Source of the DNA: Tubiluchus corallicola
Lineage: Eukaryota; Animalia; Priapulida
Assembly (NCBI GenBank): GCA_030141605.1
Contig: JAQGDQ010001671.1
Coordinates: forward strand, 1-30,368
DNA length: 30,368 nucleotides
Direction: 5' to 3'
The notes beneath the pieces are model-generated. The model searched no databases and had not been told where the DNA came from. It saw only the letters and a program-made list of their open reading frames with translations. The translations under genes were made by a program, and so were the position numbers. Positions 1-12,000 of this stretch are shown in pieces (position 1 is the first letter of the stretch; the number at the start of each line of letters is the position of its first letter).

Positions 1-63
1 TACTCCGCAGCCCATGTAAGACATTGATGTTCCTCCTCGGCCTCTATGAAAAGACATGATGAC
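1..63 (-). CDS. RTTN: Rotatin exon, truncated by window edge (VIMSFHRGRGGTSMSYMGCGV)
   Basis: ttgcag acceptor; resembles recalled human [21 protein letters not shown]. Confidence 0.92.
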
Positions 64-3000
64 CTGCAAGATGCAAATGAACCAAACGTTAATTCTCAAC
101 AACTAAATTCAACACGAGTACAGGTTTAACGCTGCGCTTGGCCGACTCACGAAACTCAATTAAAGATTTCTAGTGTAAGAAATGCTCTCTTTGGATCCTA
201 CTAAAGCCCTTTGTAGGAAAAATATTGACGTCGGCAATTTCAGGCTGACCACTCTGGTAACACGATGAAATTTGACTGCGAAAATTTAATTATCTCATTC
301 AGGGACTTATGCATATCTGCTTAAACATGGTCCAGTCCTGACTATAAGCAAGGTCAGGTCCCGCCACAACCACCAATGCCGTGATTATGAGCGAGGTCTG
401 GTCCCACCACAACCACCAATGCCGTGATTGTGAGCGAGGTCTGGTCCCACCACAACCACCAATGCCATGATTATGAGCGAGGTCTGGTCCCACCACAACC
501 ACCAATGCCGTGATTATGAGCGAGGTCTGGTCCCACCACAACCACCAATGCCGTGATTATGAGCAAGGTCTGGTCCCACCACAACCACCAATGCCATGAT
601 TATGAGCGAGGTCTGGTCCCGCCACAACCACCAATGCCATGATTATGAGCGAGGTCTGGTCCCACCACAACAAAAAATGTAATGAGCGTACCCTGGATTA
701 CATTAGAACAAATGCTGGAAAACGAATTCAACTAAGTACATGAAAAAGTAGCAGAGATTTATAAAAAAAATATTTGCAACCTCTAAGAGAACTTGAGCTG
801 TGTCAGTACAGAACTTGTATGAATCTGTAATGGAAACACTCGTTGCCCAGCCCGGCCTGTAAGAAACACCAGCTTCAATATTCTACACACGTTAAACAAT
901 CGTACAATCAATTTTAAAACTATAGTTAACCAAAAGAAAGGGAAAGGCTGGAAATGGTAGTGTGTTTGTTTATTTTTTCTGATATTTATTTAACTGAAAA
1001 GACAGGAGAACTAGACTTGGTGCTTAAAGGAAAGGTCAAGCCTCTAGGAGGATAGATTTATTTTAATGTTTGTCTAAAATGTTTAAAGGATTTAGTAATA
1101 AAACTGCAATAAGGGCCTCGTGTAATTAGTAAAATCAAAGTCACGATCATATTATGCTTAGACGCCCATTCTTCTTCCAATGACGTCATTTGTCTTGAAG
1201 AAAAGTAGCGCACTGTCAATCTTCATCAAAAGTATAATAAATTTTTACCAAAAGATTGGGTAGCTAATTTTGTAATATTTTTACGTGAACATTAGGTAAG
1301 CTGCTGTAGTTTGAATTAGTTTGAGTAGCGCGTGCTTACGGAAAGCCACGAAGTCTCCCAGTTACGTCATGATTTTCAAGGGAATGGCGGCAACCACCAC
1401 GCCCGAAATATTACTATTCAGAGGTAGTATATTTTAAACCTATGCTTTACAAGCAGTTCTTTGCAAATTTCTTTGTTATATTTTTCCAAGTTCAAGTGAT
1501 AACAGTAAAATAAACCCAAAATTATCGAGTGACTTGTTCTTTCTTTTAAATTTTGCCTTAAACACAAAAACCTAGTAGAAAAAACCTGAATAGAAACCAA
1601 GAATTCATTTCATAAATAATTTTGCATGAAAATCTATTGTCTGAGCAGAAACCTATAAAAATTATCAAATATAACGCAATCGCTGCTTAGTGAAAGTAGT
1701 TTTCATGAACTCACGCAAATGCAGCAATCTCTTATGATCCTGAAAGAGTTAAACAGATTTCAGATGAAACTTGTTAGAAAGTAAAAAAGATAGTTCATTT
1801 TATGGATAATTAGGCAGAATGTCAAAGTAATATTATCTACAGATGTATTCAGGAAAAAGTTGTATGTTCACTAATGAACCGTGTGGAAGTTGGAATTGTA
1901 CATTGTAGTTAGGTGCTGCCATCTATGTGCTAATCTTGTTACATTCTACCAGCTGACTTACCCTCAGTATAATTGTATGGTCCAGTGACTACATACACAC
2001 TGGTCCTCTCTCTATCTAAAATTAATGGTTGTTGTGAAGCCTGTGCAACTCTGCATGGGTCAAGTTCTATACCTGTATACTGGCTGTGAAACATGTGTTA
2101 CTGACTGCTTTTGCTTTCTATTTTGCTCAATGTTGCTCTGTGTCTAAACTCAGTCATTACAAAGTGAGCGAACAACAACTTCAAAAATGACTTTCACAAA
2201 CCGTTCGCTGGGGCAAATCCAAGCAATCAGGGTAAAAAAGAAAAGTCAAGGTACGTGCTTGGCTACACAAGTTAAGCAACACTTAACCTGTTTAGTAAAT
2301 GGATGGGTTGTTGTTGGAAAACAGCATCTTTAAGCTTAAGTTTCTTCAAAAAAACAGCTAATTTTCGCCATTAGGGAAAGATTGTAGGCGTGGGGGCAAT
2401 TTGGAAACACTTGTTAACGTCTTAAGAACAGTAACTTGAAAATATTATTCAGTTATTTACTTTGTTACTAATTAGCAAATTTGGCCACTTATTTGACTTG
2501 GCATTCATTAACATATTTAATCACTATACAAGCTTATTTCACCAGTATTTTGTCAATGTTATTCAAATGTTTAAATAAGTACCAGGCAGTGATGTAGACA
2601 AGACAGTCGAGGGTGTTCTCCAACGCAGCGAGGTTGTAAAAGTGGGCGGCGCTAGCGGCACGTAAATGATCCAATAGGAGCTCAGCTAGGGTAGTAATCT
2701 CGCATGTTCTGAAATGAAAAGGTATATGATGCGCAGTGTTTCCATCAGGTAGCTGAGTAATTACCCGAATCTAATATTTCTACCCTGGTCTAACAGTGAA
2801 AAAAATACTAACATTATTTGTAGCCAAAATAACGTGACTTTATTAAAAGTTCCAATTCACATAGTCAAAAATCACGCCAGACGTTTCGACAGACTACTGC
2901 AGTCATCATCAGTGGTAAAACTGCTTGTATGTTTGTCAAATTTTACCAGTGATGATCGCCAGACAATTCGACAGATTACTGCAGTCATCATCAGTGGTAA

Positions 3001-6000
3001 AACTGCTTGTATGTTTGTTAAATTTTACCACTGATGATCGCCAGACGATTCGACAGATTACTGCAGTCATCATCAGTGGTAAAACTGCTTGTATGTTTGT
3101 TAAATTTTACCACTGATGATCGCCAGACGATTCGACAGATTACTGCAGTCATCATCAGTGGTAAAACTGCTTGTATGTTTGTTAAATTTTACCAGTGATG
3201 ATCGCCAGACGATATGACAGACTACTGCAGTCATCATCAGTGGTAAAACTGCTTGTATGTTTGTTAAATTTACCACTGATGATCGCCAGACGTTTTGACA
3301 GACTACTACAGTCATCAGTGGTAAAACTGCTTGTATGTTTGTTAAATTTTACCACTGATGATCGCCAGACGATTTGACAGATTACTGCAGTCATCATCAG
3401 TGGTAAAACTGCTTGTATGTTTGTTAAATTTTACCACTGATGATCGCCAGACGATTTGACAGACTACTGCAGTCATCATCAGTGGTAAAACTGCTTGTAT
3501 GTTTGTTAAATTTTACCAGTGATGATCGCCAGACGATATGACAGACTACTGCAGTCATCATCAGTGGTAAAACTGCTTGTATGTTTGTCAAATTTTACCA
3601 GTGATGATCGCCAGACGATATGACAGACTACTGCAGTCATCATCAGTGGTAAAACTGCTTGTATGTTTGTTAAATTTTACCAGTGATGATCGCCAGACGT
3701 TTTGACAGACTACTACAGTCATCATCAGTGGTAAAACTGCTTGTATGTTTGTTAAATTTTACCACTGATGATCGCCAGACGATTCGACAGATTACTGCAG
3801 TCATCATCAGTGGTAAAACTGCTTGTATGTTTGTTAAATTTTACCACTGATGATCGCCAGACGATTCGACAGATTACTGCAGTCATCATCAGTGGTAAAA
3901 CTGCTTGTATGTTTGTTAAATTTTACCACTGATGATCGCCAGACGATTCGACAGATTACTGCAGTCATCATCAGTGGTAAAACTGCTTGTATGTTTGTTA
4001 AATTTTACCAGTGATGATCGCCAGACAATTCGACAGATTACTGCAGTCATCATCAGTGGTAAAACTGCTTGTATGTTTGTTAAATTTTACCACTGATGAT
4101 CGCCAGACGTTTTGACAGACTACTGCAGTCATCATCAGTGGTAAAACTGCTTGTATGTTTGTTAAATTTTACCACTGATGATCGCCAGACGTTTTGACAG
4201 ACTACTACAGTCATCATCAGTGGTAAAACTGCTTGTATGTTTGTTAAATTTTACCAGTGATGATCGCCAGACGATTCGACAGATTACTGCAGTCATCATC
4301 AGTGGTAAAACTGCTTGTATGTTTGTTAAATTTTACCACTGATGATCGCCAGACGATTCGACAGATTACTGCAGTCATCATCAGTGGTAAAACTGCTTGT
4401 ATGTTTGTTAAATTTTACCAGTGATGATCGCCAGACGATTCGACAGATTACTGCAGTCATCATCAGTGGTAAAACTGCTTGTATGTTTGTTAAATTTTAC
4501 CACTGATGATCGCCAGACGATTCGACAGATTACTGCAGTCATCATCAGTGGTAAAACTGCTTGTATGTTTGTTAAATTTTACCACTGATGATCGCCAGAC
4601 GATTCGACAGATTACTGCAGTCATCATCAGTGGTAAAACTGCTTGTATGTTTGTTAAATTTTACCAGTGATGATCGCCAGACGATTCGACAGATTACTGC
4701 AGTCATCATCAGTGGTAAAACTGCTTGTATGTTTGTTAAATTTTACCAGTGATGATCGCCAGACGATTCGACAGATTACTGCAGTCATCATCAGTGGTAA
4801 AACTGCTTGTATGTTTGTTAAATTTTACCAGTGATGATCGCCAGACGATTCGACAGATTACTGCAGTCATCATCAGTGGTAAAACTGCTTGTATGTTTGT
4901 TAAATTTTACCACTGATGATCGCCAGACGATTCGACAGATTACTGCAGTCATCATCAGTGGTAAAACTGCTTGTATGTTTGTTAAATTTTACCAGTGATG
5001 ATCGCCAGACGATTCGACAGATTACTGCAGTCATCATCAGTGGTAAAACTGCTTGTATGTTTGTTAAATTTTACCAGTGATGATCGCCAGACGATTCGAC
5101 AGACTACTGCAGTCATCATCAGTGGTAAAACTGCTTGTATGTTTGTCAAATTTTACCACTGATGATGACAGCAGTAGAATGTGGAAACGTTTGGCGTGAT
5201 TTTTGACTATGTGAATTGGAAGTTTTAAAAAATGTGTTGTTTTGACTACAAATGTCAATAACTGTCTGTAATACAAAAACTGATATTATATTAAATTTTA
5301 AGATATGATATCCATTGCTGGAGAATTTAAAATTTTATGCCACCTTGTGCTGTGGGCTTCTACAGTAGGTACCTTGTAGCAGACTATTAACTACTGTTTG
5401 GTGCCAGGCCAACAGCCAGTAGGGAGATGGCAGATCAAACCATTTTTGTCATAGGGGTGACTTACAAAAAAACAAACCGATTTCTTTACCAAGAGGTTAA
5501 TTATCCAAATGAAATTGTTTGTTAAAAATTCAAAAACTTATTTCAGGCCACTAACAAAGGTAAGAACAAACGGATTGTTAAGTTTAACAGAACACAAAAA
5601 GGAAAATATAGATTATTTTATTCCCCTAATCCCTGCGCCACATTAATAGTACTCAGTGTGGTACTACCTAGGTTGACTAGTTGATAAAGTGTGCAATTAA
5701 GTAATTAAGCAGTCTTATATACAACTGGCAGATAAAAACTCAATCAAATGCCTTCTGTGTGGGAAAACACAAACTTTCACAACTCATAACTCATGTGTTC
5801 AGGCTCTCAGGGTGTAATAAATGAATGCTTGCTGTTAACATAACAGTGCAGTTAGTTAAAATGTACAGCGGTTGTTTTTATTTGTGAATATAAATGATTA
5901 CAGTTTCTTCACTGCCGGTGAATCTTAACAATAGGGTAAACGGGTACGCGGCGGGTATGGAGAATAGGATACCCGAGTCTAATTTTTGCTACGCATAAAC

Positions 6001-9000
6001 ACTAATATTGACGCAGCAGGTAATACTAAATTTTAATTTTTGCATTTTACAGTTTATAATTTGATTTTATACAAGTGATTTGCCACAGGTACAACTGAAA
6101 GCACAGCATACAAAAGCCCATGAGAAAACGTGTAACAAATGTCACTAATAAATCACATCAAATACTCAGTTTTTGTCATATTTTTAACCGTGACTTCTGC
6201 TTATTATTTATGATTTCGTTCTGCATAAAATCAAGGAAAAATTCGTCCTTACTGACATTTCTCTCTGTTTTTCCCCCAGCTACCTGCAGATGGCAGCACT
6301 AGTTAGCACAAATTTGTAGTTTGGGTGTCATCGTACCTGGTTGAAGAAACGTCGAGTTTACGAATGTACACTTTAATGAAGTTCAACAAATCTTTACTAG
6401 GCGGCGTTAGCGTAGCTCCTCCCAGAGTTTCCGGCACCTGAAGAAGCCCCATTACACTACTGTGTGAAGTACACAGCAAGTTTTGTCCCCAGCCGGTAAA
6501 ACTAGGCGAAAGATCCGGACAAAGCTGTAAGACGGTCATCAAACTGCGGAGCACCTTCTTAACCAACGCCTCATCTGCAGTCGAACTTGGATTCACCTTA
6601 AAAAATCTAAACGCAAAGGCAAAATGACTGACATGGCACCACTATGAGCCTTACTGGCGCTCACAAAACATTAACAACACAGGAAAAATGCAATGTGTAA
6701 TATTTCTCTCATGTAAACTCGCAAAGCAACAACAGCAGCAAGGAATTTTCATAGATGATGAAATAAACTGCTGGCGAGAACATTAATAAACAGGCAACAC
6801 AGAACAAGAGCAATGTCGTGAACAGGCAACACAGAACAAACGAAAAGCCATAAACAGGCAACACTAAACAAGAGCAAAGTTACAGACAGGCAACACTAAA
6901 CAAAAGCAGTCTTAAATTGGCAACACAGAACAAGAGCAATGTCGCAAACAGGCAATGCAAATCAAACGACAAGCCATTAACAGGTAACACTAAACAAAAG
7001 CAAAGCCTTAAACTGGGAACACAGAACAAGAGCAATGTCGTGAACAGGCAACACAAATGAAACGAAAAGCTATAAACAGGCAACACTCAACAAAAGCAGT
7101 CTTAAATTGGCAACACAGAACAAGGGCGAAGTCGTAAACAGGCAACACAAAACAAGAGCAATGTCGTGAACAGGCAACACAAAACAAGAGCAATGTCGTA
7201 AACAGGCAACACAAAACAAGAGCAAAGTCGTAAACAGGCAACACAAAACAAGAGCAATTTGTATTTGGTTTGTGTTGCCTGTTTAAGGCTTTGCTGTTGT
7301 TTAGGGGGTGTTTGATTTTTGTGGATGCCAAAACGGATTTGTGGACATCTTTTTACGGGGGTCACCTTCTTTGTACAATTTGTTTACAAGTAAAAACACG
7401 TGTCCACAAGTTTACAGGTTTCAGTCTTTGTGACCACAAATATCGAGTTACTGTTAAATTTACTGTTTAGGTTGTGAACCATTTACCTCACACTAGTTTT
7501 ACATTGAAATTGTCGTGATGGAGTAATGAGAGGATAAAGTCTGCGCATTGGTGTTGTCTGGTGATGGAATCGATAAGGAAAGAGGTGTGATCCCGAAGAT
7601 CCCTACCGACTTTGATGATCTATTTATGCCTGAATTGGTAGAACTTGATTGAATGCTCAATAAATCAATGCTTAAGCAAGATATTTGACGATAATATCAA
7701 GTCTTTAACCTTGAAACTTGCATCGTGGAGTTTGTCTTTCTTGTGGACACAAATGATCCCTAATTTCTTTTAGTGTCCACAAAAAACCGAATCCCAGTTG
7801 TTTAGTGTTGCCTGTTCACAACTTTGCTCCGGTTTTGTGTTTTCTGTTCATTTCTGCTTTTCACAAATTTCGCTGCAACAATATTGTTGCATCACTGTTG
7901 CTTACGAACAGAGCAGCAATTTTTAGTTACCGTATATTCTCGCATATAAGCCTACATCGCATATAAGCCGACCCCCTAAAACTGCTTTAAAATGGCCAGT
8001 TTTTGCAAAAACCCGTATATAAGCCGAACATCAACTTGTCTAATTTTACTCCATACCCAATCAACAAAATTGATCCCTTTTTGTCACATATATTTATACA
8101 TTTTTAATATTTTTTATCTAATTAATGAATATAAAAAGCAGACATTTATTGAAATGTGAATTTTTTCTAAAAAAAAGTGGGTGGACGGCGATCCCCCTCC
8201 AATACACCACTGGTGACACACAACCAAATAAAGAGTCAAATAGCGATGAAAATGTGTGGCTGGAAAATTGGCATTAGTGTCTGTCCTTGTGTTCATTTTG
8301 TTTCATGCGCATATAAGCCGACCCCCTGATGTCAGTATTGTATTTTATAGTTCTAAATTCGGCTTATATGCGAGTATATACGGTACATGTATGAATATGT
8401 ACTAGAGATAAATATTTGACTCTTCATTATCTTGAATAATACTAAATTTTCAGATGTTAATTATCACCACTTCTAGTAATTACTCACAGAGTGCTACCAT
8501 CGCGGTATTGAGATACTGGCAACACTGGATGTCAACATGGTGTCAACAGGTGGACCCAAGTAATTCAGAAAACTTCCACTAGGGGCATTTCAATCTTCTT
8601 GCGTAGTTTAGAAATCTATCCTACCCTATTAACCAAAAAAGTAACTGAGCTTGACATTAGAAACGCACCTGAAAAGTGCTTCCAGTAATCCCTGCCTCTC
8701 CAGTAACTCCAAAAGATTCCCGTTTGCAGATACGTAAAGCACAGAATAGCATAGCAGGCTAGTTAAAGCTTCTTTCACATTACTGTGGTTCTGAGCATGT
8801 AGAATCGAGTGAACTGCTCTGTTCAATGCTGGCACCACTGAACTGGACACTATCCAATCACAATCAGCTTCGCTGAGTTTCAAAGGCTGTGGAAACCTGG
8901 AACACAAAATGAAAATACTTTCCAGATTCGACAAATTGCCCAACATGTTCAGTAACATATAATTTCATTTTACAACACTGATTTATATATAGAGGCTGAA

Positions 9001-12000
9001 GCCCAGTCAGTTGCTACTACATCAGCTGACTTACACAGTAAAATCAGCTAGCTCGGCTGAAACTGAGTCAGTTGCTACTACATCAGCTGACTCACACAGT
9101 AAATCAGCTAGCTAGGCTGAAACTGAGTCAGTTCCTACTACATCAGCTGACTCACACAGTAAATCAGCTAACTCAGCTGAAGCTGAGTCAGTTGCTGCTA
9201 CATCAGAGTAAATCAGCTAGCTTGGTTGAAGCTGAGTCAGTTGCTACTACATCAGCTGACTCACGCAATAAATCAGCTAGTTCATCTGAAGTTGAGTCAG
9301 TTACTACTACATCAGCTGACTTACACAGTAAATCAGCTAGCTCGGCTAAAGCTGCATCAGTTGCTACAAAAAATCAGCTAATTCAGCTATAGCTGCGAAT
9401 GTTAGTTAACTAAACAAATGATAAATTATTAGTTAACTGTTATGGTATGGAGATACATTTTTTAAATAATTTGTGTGGCTTTTATTCACAGAGAAAAGCT
9501 GATGTAGAAATGTAAATAATGCATTAGAGATTAATTTTTTATCATTATAAGAAAGCAATGGATTTATTGCAAATATAATTTAAATCCAACTCTTGGCAAA
9601 GTTTATCTTGATTACAATGACTCAGCACCAAAACACCAAAATGATCCCATATATGTGACTAACGCTGCCTACTTGTGGATTTAATTCTGACCAGTTTTCT
9701 CATTCAAAAATTTCTAAAGTTAAGCATCTCTACCAGCACATGCATAATCTGACCACGAATTCACAACGTGTTTGCCATATTTCAACCAGAGATTTGCAGT
9801 GTCACGTGATTATCGCAAGAGCGGAAGTCTTCGCAGCCGAGAAAAATGGCGGCTGCCTGGACTCCTCTCGCTGAGCGGCTGGCACAACTAAAGTTGATTT
9901 TCTTATTGGCTCGGTCGACTGTAGGAATAAACCGACTGAAGCACGGCTCTGGGCTCTATTCATATACCATTATAATCACTCACTTATCAAGAGACGCTCT
10001 TTCGTCAGCTCTCATTAGTAGGTGTTCCACTAGCATTTCCATATCACCAAACCACGAAACGTTCCACTGGAGTCGTATTCGACTCCACCACGGCTCTTCC
10101 ATTAACGGATCTGTGACGGACATTGATGGAAGACGGTTCAGAGAGAATATTTCGTGAGTTGGAACAATAAATGGCAGTTTATACCTAAAAATTAACATCA
10201 TAAACCATTCAGTTTTGTAAAGTGGACTTGAGTTTATTCAAAGTTTTAAAGTAAAAAGAACTTAACTACATAATCACAAGAAGCTTTTTCACAGTTCCAG
10301 TGATTGATGATGATCGTGAAAATGTGAAAGGTTAAGTGTGCCAGACAACACCTTTGTGTACACTTGACAATGCCTCGCAGCCCAAGATGTTGTAATAGTA
10401 ACCGTTTTAACAGCTAGCTAGAACCTTTCCTAGTTCATTTCTTCTTGTTCCTAAGCAAGATCAAGCTGGCAAATCACTCTACACACAAACTAATGCATAA
10501 TCAAGTAAAGTGCACGTAAAACAACTGAAGTTACTGAACTGATGCGGCAGACAGCTTTGTCTCATACACATGTCACATGACTGTTGTAGTTGAGACGCGT
10601 TGCTGTGCAACATTTAAACTTTGACCTATAGCAACTGCGCATGCGCATAACAAAACTGTGAAATGGCTTACTAAAACACTCTCACCTGGGAGGCTGCAAT
10701 TCCATGGAGAGTAAAACAAGCATGTACGACGGGTAACTCCTCTGCAACAATCACTTCTATCCATTGACAAGTGAAATAATACAAAGGAGTCATTCTGTTA
10801 GCAGCAAGTAAACCACAGTACGCACAGATTAATGCATAATTAAGTAAAGTTCACGTAAAACAACTGAAGTTAGTGAACTGATACGACAGACGGCTTTGCC
10901 TTTCCTACATGTCACGTTACAGTTGTGGTTAACAACTGTAGTTACTGAACTAATGCTGCAGACGGCTTTGCTTTACACACACGTCACGTGACGGTTGTAG
11001 TTACGATGCGTTGCTGTGGTACACTTAACCTTTGACGTACAGCTACTGTGCACAACGAAACTGAGAGAAATCTTATGATTTAAGTAACATTACTAGTTTA
11101 TAAAACTTGTTTAATCGACTTTGTAAGCCAAGAATGTACAATTCTCTCATATATAACATACATAGCTAGCAAGAAAGATGGCAGGGAGAATTCTTCCTGT
11201 ATTTGATTGTATTTTACTACTGTTGCTGTCTCATCCCCATCATTCCTAGAACAAAATTATAGAAACAATGACATCTTTTAAAGATTTTCAGGGTGTCGGC
11301 TCAGCGACTGTAACAAACAAGTCAAAATTCACCTGAGAGAGCTCTCATTTTACCTTTAATTAATATTTACCATAAAAATATTTACTCATTACCACTTTCT
11401 GTTCTGTAAATATCATGGTTTTCAATATTGATTATATTTATTGCACGTATTTGTGAATTTTCTTAGTATTCGGTTGCCATGCCAACCGGGATGGCAGAGT
11501 GTTTGGAAATTTGATTTGTTGTGGCTATCCTCCCCTCTCGACACACATGCATGGTTTGTCCTGTAATGTTACTTTGCCCATGTTGCCTGTGTATTTATAA
11601 ACTTTTAAAAGTATTGCTACCGTGACTGTTTGTGTGCTTGCATAACGATTTCTATGCTTGTGTGACCGTTTATGTGTTTGCATGACTGTTTGTATGCTTG
11701 CATGGGTGTTTGTATGCTTGTGTGACTGTTTGTATGCTAACGTGACTGTTTGTGTGCTTGCATAATGATTTCTATGCTTGTGTGACCGTTTATGTGCTTG
11801 CATGACTATTTGTATGCTTGCGTGGGTGTTTGTGTGCCTGTGTGACTGTTTGTATGCTAACGTGACTGTTTGTGTGCTTGCATAAAGATTTCTATGCTTG
11901 CGTGACCGTTTATGTGCTTGCATGACTGTTTGTATGCTTGCGTGGGTGTTTGTGTGCCTGTGTGACTGTTTGTATGCTAACGTGACTGTTTATATGCTTG

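Noticed and set aside
1962-2072. Minus-strand exon-like stretch with strong G|gtaagt donor
   Set aside because: No pyrimidine tract, immediate stop in the rotatin frame, and the flanking exons join without it.
2875-5166. CRISPR-like array (palindromic repeats at regular spacing)
   Set aside because: The intervening sequences are identical rather than unique spacers, there are no cas genes, and the context is a eukaryotic intron.
8488-8615. Possible decayed alternative rotatin exon (RFL..TQEDEMPLVEVLNYL-like, ending in gtgagt)
   Set aside because: Needs about four frameshifts, has an in-frame stop and a poor acceptor; exon 6337-6606 already supplies this segment.
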